This document shows positions 59,145-64,000 of a stretch of 64,000 bases of DNA, piece by piece. The notes below the pieces were generated by a model. The model was not told the origin of the DNA and searched no databases. It saw only the letters and a list, made by a program, of their open reading frames with translations. Each line of letters starts with the position of its first letter. The first letter of the stretch is position 1. The translations under genes and the position numbers were made by a program. The stretch comes from an uncultured Eubacteriales bacterium (GTDB taxonomy: Bacteria; Bacillota; Clostridia; Christensenellales; Aristaeellaceae): the NCBI GenBank assembly GCA_902777335.1, contig CACYTF010000008.1, forward strand, positions 378 to 64,377. The letters are read 5' to 3'.

Positions 59145-61166
59145 GTGATACTGGCCCGGCACGCGGGCTTTTGCTTCGGCGTGAGGCGGGCCGTGGAGAC
59201 GGCTGAACGGGCGGCTCCGGCCACGACGCTCGGCCCCATCATCCACAACCCCCAGGTCGTGGGTTCGCTGGCGGCGATGGGCGTGACCAGCGCCCAGGCG
59301 CCCTCTCAGATCCCGGACGGCGCGCGGGTGGTGATCCGAAGCCACGGCATCGGCCGGGCGGCCTACCGGGCGCTGGAGGCAAAGGGCTGCTCCATCGTGG
59401 ACGCCACCTGCCCCTTCGTGCAGCGCATCCACGACATGGCGCGCTCGGCCTCGGAGAGCGGCATGCCGCTGATCGTGATCGGCGAGCGCGAGCACCCGGA
59501 GGTGCAGGGCATACTGGGCTGGACGGACGGCCCGGCCTTCGCGGTGCTGACGGACGAAGACGTCGACGCGCTGCCGCCGCTGGATCAGGCCCTGGTGGTG
59601 GCCCAGACCACCATGGTGCAGGCGCGGTTTGACGCACTGTGCAAGCGGCTTTCGGGGCGCATCCCGAAGCTTGTGGTGCGCGCCACCATCTGCACCGCCA
59701 CCCGCGACCGCCAGCAGGAGGTCGCGGACATCGCCCGCCGCGCGGATGTGATGATCGTGGTCGGCGGCCGGCAGAGCGCCAACAGCCAAAAGCTGTACAG
59801 GCTCGCCTCTGACCTGTGCCCCCGGACGCACTTCATCGAAACCGCGGCCGAGCTGGACGGCATCGAAATATCGCCGTCCGATACGATCGGGATTACAGCC
59901 GGTGCTTCCACGCCGGATTGTATAATTAAGGAGGTTGTTGCAAGAATGAACGACATCGAGAAGAAAGTTAACCCCGAAGAGAACCCGGAACTGGAAGTCA
60001 TGTCAGAAGAAGCCATTGACAAGACCATAGTTCAAATTCGCCCCGGCCAGATCATCACTGGCAAGGTCGAAATGATCACCGACGATGAGGTTTGCGTCAA
60101 CATCGGCTATAAGTCTGACGGTATCGTTAAGAAATCCGAGCTTTCTTCTACCGATGTCAAGGAAGGCGATGAGATCGAAGTCGAGGTCGTCAAGGTCAAC
60201 GACGGCGAGGGCAACGTCCTGCTTTCCCAGAAAAACATCATCAACCGCAAGGCGTGGGAAGAGATCTGTGCCAAGGAAGAGGCCGGAGAGTTCGTCGAAG
60301 GCGTCGGCAAGGAAGCCGTCAAGGGCGGTCTGTTGGCCGATGTGGCGGGCATCCGCACCTTCATCCCCGCGTCTCAGCTGTCCCTGCGCTATGTCGAGAA
60401 AATCGATGAGTTCGTGGGCCAGCCCATGACGCTGAAGATCATCGAGATCGACAAGGCCAAGAAGCGCATCGTCGCCAGCCGCAAGGCCGTGCTGATGGCG
60501 GAAGAGGCCGAGAAGAAGAAGAAAATCTGGGAGAACCTGGAAGTCGGTTCCGTCGTGAAGGGCGTCGTTCGCCGCCTGGCGGACTTCGGCGCCTTCGTGG
60601 ACATCGGCGGCGTCGACGGCCTGGTGCACGTCACCGACCTCAGCTGGGGCCGCGTGAAGCATCCCTCCGACGTGGTTTCCGTCGGCCAGGAGATCGACGT
60701 GAAGATCCTGAACGTGGATCCCGAGCGCGAGCGCATCTCCCTGTCCTACAAGCAGACCCAGCCCCGCCCCTGGACCGTGGCCGGTGAGAAGTATCCCGTC
60801 GGCAGCGTGGTGGAGGGCAAGGTCGTGCGCATCACCACCTTCGGCGCGTTCGTCGAGCTGGAGCCCGGCCTGGACGGCCTGGTGCACATCAGCCAGTGCG
60901 CCCTGACCCGCATCGCGAAGGTCGAAGACGCCGTGAACGTCGGCGACATCGTGCGCGTGAAGGTGCTGGACGTGAACACCGAAGCCAAGCGCATCTCCCT
61001 GTCCATCCGCGAGGTGCTGGAGGACGAGGCCCTGGCCAGCGAAGACGGCCAGTATGACATCGACGAGATCCCCGCCGAGGAAGCCTACGCCGAGGAAGCC
61101 GCCCCCGTTGAGGAGGCCGCGCCCGTCGAAGAAGCGCCCGCCGAGGAAGCCCCCGCCGAGGAATAA
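59145..61166 (+). CDS. ispH: Bifunctional 4-hydroxy-3-methylbut-2-enyl diphosphate reductase (IspH) / ribosomal protein S1-domain fusion
   Basis: N-terminus ILARHAGFCFGVRRAVETA...DATCPFV...ICTATRDRQ...VVGGRQSANSQKL (IspH), then four S1/OB repeats (GQIITGKV..., FVEGVGKE..., GSVVKGVVRRLADFGAFVDIGGVDGLVHVTDLS, GSVVEGKVVRITTFGAFVELEPGLDGLVHISQ). This fusion is common in Clostridia. Confidence 0.9.
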   Translation: MILARHAGFCFGVRRAVETAERAAPATTLGPIIHNPQVVGSLAAMGVTSAQAPSQIPDGARVVIRSHGIGRAAYRALEAKGCSIVDATCPFVQRIHDMARSASESGMPLIVIGEREHPEVQGILGWTDGPAFAVLTDEDVDALPPLDQALVVAQTTMVQARFDALCKRLSGRIPKLVVRATICTATRDRQQEVADIARRADVMIVVGGRQSANSQKLYRLASDLCPRTHFIETAAELDGIEISPSDTIGITAGASTPDCIIKEVVARMNDIEKKVNPEENPELEVMSEEAIDKTIVQIRPGQIITGKVEMITDDEVCVNIGYKSDGIVKKSELSSTDVKEGDEIEVEVVKVNDGEGNVLLSQKNIINRKAWEEICAKEEAGEFVEGVGKEAVKGGLLADVAGIRTFIPASQLSLRYVEKIDEFVGQPMTLKIIEIDKAKKRIVASRKAVLMAEEAEKKKKIWENLEVGSVVKGVVRRLADFGAFVDIGGVDGLVHVTDLSWGRVKHPSDVVSVGQEIDVKILNVDPERERISLSYKQTQPRPWTVAGEKYPVGSVVEGKVVRITTFGAFVELEPGLDGLVHISQCALTRIAKVEDAVNVGDIVRVKVLDVNTEAKRISLSIREVLEDEALASEDGQYDIDEIPAEEAYAEEAAPVEEAAPVEEAPAEEAPAEE

Positions 61167-61178
61167 TCCCAAACCCGC

Positions 61179-61206
61179 AAAAGCGGCACGCTATGTGCCG
61201 CTTTTG
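61179..61206 (+). terminator. Rho-independent terminator after ispH-S1
   Basis: AAAAGCGGCACgctatGTGCCGCTTTTG. Confidence 0.75.
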
Positions 61207-61227
61207 TCGTGGAGGAAGAGGCGGATG

Positions 61228-61262
61228 GAAATGAGGAATGAGGAATGAGGAATGAGGAATTG
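61228..61262. repeat. Heptanucleotide array GAGGAAT x about 4
   Basis: GAAATGAGGAATGAGGAATGAGGAATGAGGAATTG. Confidence 0.85.
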
Positions 61263-61305
61263 TGGTACAAATCCCATCCGGGATTTGTTGGATTCAAGGG
61301 AGAAC

Positions 61306-61562
61306 GGATTGCCATGTTGGCCTCTCTCCGTTCGGCCTCCTCGCAATGACAGGGCGGAGGCGGCTGCCCCCCGCTCTGTCATTGCGAGGAGCCCCCGACG
61401 CAGGAGGGGCCGACGTGGCAATCCGGTCCCCTTCCCCGGCGCTCAAAGTGAGTCAGTAGGAACCTGTCCCCGGTGACTCACACAATGACACGCAAGCGGC
61501 AGCCACCCCCGCTCTGTCATTGCGAGGCGGCTCCGACGCAGGAGGGGCCGACGTGGCAATCC
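61306..61562. repeat. Three copies (one inverted) of a palindromic ATTGC...GCAAT element (GTCATTGCGAGG...GACGTGGCAATCC)
   Basis: 61306-61350 GGATTGCCATGTTGGCC...CCTCGCAATGAC. 61378-61423 and 61507-61562 GTCATTGCGAGG(A/C)G(C)CCCCGACGCAGGAGGGGCCGACGTGGCAATCC. A half copy GGATTGCCACGT lies at about 45628. Confidence 0.8.
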
Positions 61563-61661
61563 GGTCCCCGTTGGCGCATCAAAGTGAGATAAGGAACCGT
61601 CCCTCATCTCACATTCACCCCTCACTCGACTGAGATAAGGGACGGTTCCTTGTCTCACTTT
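61445..61661. repeat. REP-like variant (family E): AAAGTGAGATAAGGAACCGTCCC / GGGACGGTTCCTTGTCTCACTTT inverted pair plus a hybrid half-site
   Basis: Arms at 61581-61603 and 61639-61661 (1 mismatch). Related half-site AAAGTGAGTCAGTAGGAACCTGTCCCCGGTGAC at 61445-61477. Shares the GGGACGGT core with families A and B. Confidence 0.75.
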
Positions 61662-61691
61662 CAGCAATCCGGTCCCCGGCATCCTTCTGTT

Positions 61692-61777
61692 CCTCACTCC
61701 TCACTCCTCACTCGAACCGGCGGCGCCGCCCCTACTGACTGGACAACTCCACTCTCCACTCTTCACTCTCCACTCTC
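61692..61777. repeat. Heptanucleotide arrays CCTCACT x3 and CTCCACT x4 separated by the GC palindrome GGCGGCGCCGCC-CCTACT
   Basis: CCTCACTCCTCACTCCTCACTC gaacc GGCGGCGCCGCCCCTACTGACTGGACAA CTCCACTCTCCACTCTTCACTCTCCACTCTC. Confidence 0.85.
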
Positions 61778-61794
61778 AAAAAGGAGTCCGCGTT

Positions 61795-62724
61795 ATGACA
61801 AACATCCAAACCATTTTCCTCCCCTCCGCCGTCGACAGTCTTCCGCTGTCGGTGTGCGTCATCGCGCCTCAGGGCGGCGAACCGAAGGCGCTCATTCAGC
61901 TGGCCCACGGCATGGCCGAGCACAAGGAGCGCTATCTGCCCTTCATGGAATATCTGGCGGGGCGGGGCTACGCCTGCCTGATCAACGACCATCGGGGCCA
62001 CGGGAAGAGCGTGAAATCGCCGGACGACCTGGGTTACTTCTACGCCGGCGGCGCGAACGCGCTGGTGGAGGACATGCACCAGCTGACGCTGTGGTTCAAG
62101 GCACAGTACCCGGGCAAGAAGCTGTTCCTGTTCGGCCACAGCATGGGCTCGCTGGCGGTGCGGGTGTACCGGCAGAAGTACGACGGCGACATCGACGGCC
62201 TGGTGGTCTGCGGCAGCCCCGGGCCCAACCCGGCCACCGGCGCAGGCCTGCTGCTGAACAAGGTGATGACCCTGTTCAAGGGCGAGCGCTACGTCAGCAA
62301 GCTGTTTGTGCAGATGACCACCGGCGGCTTCGCGAAGGCCTGCCCCGACCCGAGCACCCCCAACGCCTGGCTGAGCACCAACCAGGACAACGTGCGCGCC
62401 TACGACGCCGACCCGCTGTGCGGCTTCCCGTTCACGCTGAACGGCTACAAGGCGCTGCTCACGCTGATGCGCGACGCCTACCGCCCCGTGCCCGCGGGCC
62501 ATCCCGACATGCCGGTGCACTTCCTGTCCGGCGAGAACGACCCCTGCGCGCCGGACAGAAAGGGCTTCGACGCCGCGGTGGCGCGGGTGAAGGCCGACGG
62601 CTACCGCCACGTCACCGCGAAGATGTACCCCGGCATGCGCCACGAGCTGCTGAACCACGCCGAGCGCCAGCGGGTGTTCGACGACCTGGCCGCGCTGCTG
62701 GACGCGTGGAGGGCTGGGGCATGA
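61795..62724 (+). CDS. Alpha/beta hydrolase (lysophospholipase/monoacylglycerol-lipase-like)
   Basis: AAGGAG RBS. HGMAEH...DHRGHGKS oxyanion region and nucleophile elbow GHSMGS. Confidence 0.82.
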   Translation: MTNIQTIFLPSAVDSLPLSVCVIAPQGGEPKALIQLAHGMAEHKERYLPFMEYLAGRGYACLINDHRGHGKSVKSPDDLGYFYAGGANALVEDMHQLTLWFKAQYPGKKLFLFGHSMGSLAVRVYRQKYDGDIDGLVVCGSPGPNPATGAGLLLNKVMTLFKGERYVSKLFVQMTTGGFAKACPDPSTPNAWLSTNQDNVRAYDADPLCGFPFTLNGYKALLTLMRDAYRPVPAGHPDMPVHFLSGENDPCAPDRKGFDAAVARVKADGYRHVTAKMYPGMRHELLNHAERQRVFDDLAALLDAWRAGA

Positions 62725-63491
62725 GCGCCTCCCGGGGCCACGTGACCCGGGGCGACCTGGCGCACCTGGCGTTTTTGCAGCGGGAGAACGACTTCCGCCA
62801 CCACTCCTACGACCAGGAGCTGGAGCAGTACCAGTGCGTGCGCATGGGCGACCCGGAGGGCGCGCTGAAGGCCATGCACCACGGCGGCGGTACGGGCACG
62901 CTGTCCCGCGACCCGCTGCGCAACGCCCAATACCTGTTCGTGGCCTACGTGACGATGGCCACGCGCTACGCCATCGAAGGCGGGCTGGAGCAGAACGTGG
63001 CCTACAACATCAGCGACCTGTACATCCAGCAGGCCGACCGCTGCACGACGCCCGAGGCGGTGGACGAGCTGTTCCCGGAGGTGCTGACCTTCTTCGCCCG
63101 GCGCGTGGCCGAGGCCCGCAAGGCCCACGTGTTCGCCCGGCCCATCGTGCGCTGCCTGGACGAGATCGACCTGCACCTGCACGAGGCGTTCCGCATCGAC
63201 GACATCGCCCGGGCGCTGCAGCTGAACCCCTCCTACCTGTCCACGCTGTTCAAGCAGGAAATGGGCTGCACCTTCACCGACTACGTGCGCCGCCGCCGGG
63301 TGGAGGTCGCCGGCAACATGCTGCTGAACTCCGACTACTCCTGCGCCGAGATCGCCCACTTCCTGGCCTTCAGCTCCCAGAGCTACTTCAACCGCGTGTT
63401 CCAGCGGGAGACCGGCATGTCCCCCGCCGCCTACCGCGCGCGCTACGACCGCCGAAGTTTGGTCAGCATGCGGGAGGAGAATACGCAATGA
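62721..63491 (+). CDS. AraC-family transcriptional regulator
   Basis: ATG overlaps the hydrolase stop (ATGA). C-terminal double HTH ...IDDIARALQLNPSYLSTLFKQEMGCTFTDYVRRRRVEVAGNMLLNSDYSCAEIAHFLAFSSQSYFNRVFQRETGMSPAAYR. Confidence 0.85.
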   Translation: MSASRGHVTRGDLAHLAFLQRENDFRHHSYDQELEQYQCVRMGDPEGALKAMHHGGGTGTLSRDPLRNAQYLFVAYVTMATRYAIEGGLEQNVAYNISDLYIQQADRCTTPEAVDELFPEVLTFFARRVAEARKAHVFARPIVRCLDEIDLHLHEAFRIDDIARALQLNPSYLSTLFKQEMGCTFTDYVRRRRVEVAGNMLLNSDYSCAEIAHFLAFSSQSYFNRVFQRETGMSPAAYRARYDRRSLVSMREENTQ

Positions 63492-63516
63492 AAAAGCGCC
63501 CGCGGGCGCTTTTTCA
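63492..63516. terminator. Bidirectional Rho-independent terminator
   Basis: AAAAAGCGCCCGCGGGCGCTTTTT between the AraC gene (+) and a small minus-strand ORF. Confidence 0.8.
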
Positions 63517-63528
63517 TTGTACGGTCGG

Positions 63529-63669
63529 TCATTTCCTGCCCAGCAGCCGGGCCAGCCAGCCCTTTCGGGGGCGCATGGCGCTGTGGATGGGGTTGCGCAG
63601 CTCCGGCGCGTTCACGTCCTCGGCCAGCTGGGCGCTCAGCTTCATGTTGCAGTTCATCATGGTGTTCAT
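63529..63669 (-). CDS. Candidate small protein (46 aa), function unknown
   Basis: Own translation: MNTMMNCNMKLSAQLAEDVNAPELRNPIHSAMRPRKGWLARLLGRK. Excellent RBS AAAGGAGGATATCGAT-ATG, a TGGTATATT extended -10-like box about 55 nt upstream, and a terminator downstream. Below the ORF-track size cutoff. Confidence 0.45.
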   Translation of the reverse strand: MNTMMNCNMKLSAQLAEDVNAPELRNPIHSAMRPRKGWLARLLGRK

Positions 63670-63836
63670 ATCGATATCCTCCTTTGATGTCGGCGGTTGG
63701 TGGGTTCATGTCCTTGCGACGGGTATAATATACCACGCATCGCGCCGGCGGGCTTGCAATTTCATTGGATTATTGTCATTTTCATCAGGTGAACGGAGAT
63801 CGCCCGGCAACATCCGTAAATTGCGCGTTAATTATC

Positions 63837-63890
63837 GTTTTGGTACCTTGACATTTACTCTCCGCCCTGCTATTATTTAGGTACCAAAAC
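63837..63890 (+). promoter_or_regulatory. Sigma-A promoter (TTGACA-17 nt-TATTAT) bracketed by a perfect 12-bp inverted repeat GTTTTGGTACCT / AGGTACCAAAAC
   Basis: -35 at 63848-63853, -10 at 63871-63876. Inverted-repeat arms at 63837-63848 and 63879-63890, 19 nt upstream of the ATG at 63909. Confidence 0.6.
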
Positions 63891-63908
63891 ACGAAAGGAA
63901 GTGTTCAC

Positions 63909-64000
63909 ATGAACTTCAATCCGATGGATGACAGGATACACGGCCCCTGGGGCTTTGAAGCAGGAAACTCCGAGAGGATGCCCCGGCACGGGCGGCGCCG
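63909..64000 (+). CDS. Hypothetical protein, 5' part only (runs off the window); possibly a PadR-like regulator with a Gly/Arg-rich N-terminus
   Basis: MNFNPMDDRIHGPWGFEAGNSERMPRHGRR... with RBS AAAGGAAG. The family guess rests only on the G/R-rich leader seen in some PadR proteins and on the autoregulation-like operator. Confidence 0.4.
   Translation, partial: MNFNPMDDRIHGPWGFEAGNSERMPRHGRR

Noticed and set aside
59145-61166. IspH-ribosomal protein S1 fusion as a novelty.
   Set aside because: This bifunctional arrangement is a known, widespread feature of Clostridia, so it is recorded only as a feature.
61650-63491. Single 613-aa ORF spanning the hydrolase and AraC regions.
   Set aside because: The N-terminal two thirds is an Arg/Pro/Gly-rich alternative frame over the alpha/beta-hydrolase gene. 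Only the part from ATG 62721 has AraC features.

Overview
GC-rich chromosomal window that looks like a Firmicutes/Clostridia-type genome, judged by operon content: SpoIID-domain gene, IspH-S1 fusion, KOW gene between map and infA. All function calls rest on my reading of the supplied translations, my own translation of unlisted frames, and motif or operon-order recognition. No similarity search was run.

Gene content, left to right:
- Partial IspD-like gene.
- Arabinan/arabinose utilisation locus: GH51 abfA, GH43, two ABC permeases, a binding protein and a divergent LacI regulator with a palindromic operator.
- NUDIX hydrolase, parB/parA, a GH5 enzyme.
- The complete S10-spc-alpha ribosomal supercluster on the minus strand (rpsJ at about 34.0 kb down to rplQ at about 14.5 kb, including secY, adk, map, infA, rpmJ, rpoA).
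- A Big_2-repeat protein, a 1826-aa RND/MMPL-type transporter, a secreted caspase-domain protein and a SpoIID/LytB-domain protein.
- An FHA-FtsW/RodA-PBP2 cluster, an ABC pair, uvrC, a DUF559 gene, pepV, cmk, plsC, ispH-S1, an alpha/beta hydrolase and an AraC regulator.

No rRNA, tRNA or CRISPR array was recognised by eye.

The most interesting signal is non-coding. The intergenic space is saturated with several distinct repeat families. Two of them are palindromic REP-like elements that each bracket their own RAYT-type (IS200-like Y1/HUH) transposase homologue, at 18880-19695 and 36932-37672. The two REP families share a GGGACGGT core but differ in their arms. One RAYT/REP unit, together with a DUF218 gene and a MerR gene, is inserted between rpmJ and rpsM and so splits the ribosomal supercluster. 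The other abuts a Big_2 gene that appears to have lost its 5' end.

Other oddities:
- Arrays of heptanucleotide repeats (CCCTGTT, CTACTCC, CTCCACT, ATTCCTC and their complements) in many intergenic regions.
- 61-bp and 141-bp tandem arrays.
- A roughly 700-aa coiled-coil plus acidic tandem-repeat insertion in the RND transporter, whose coding DNA carries perfect REP-like hairpins.
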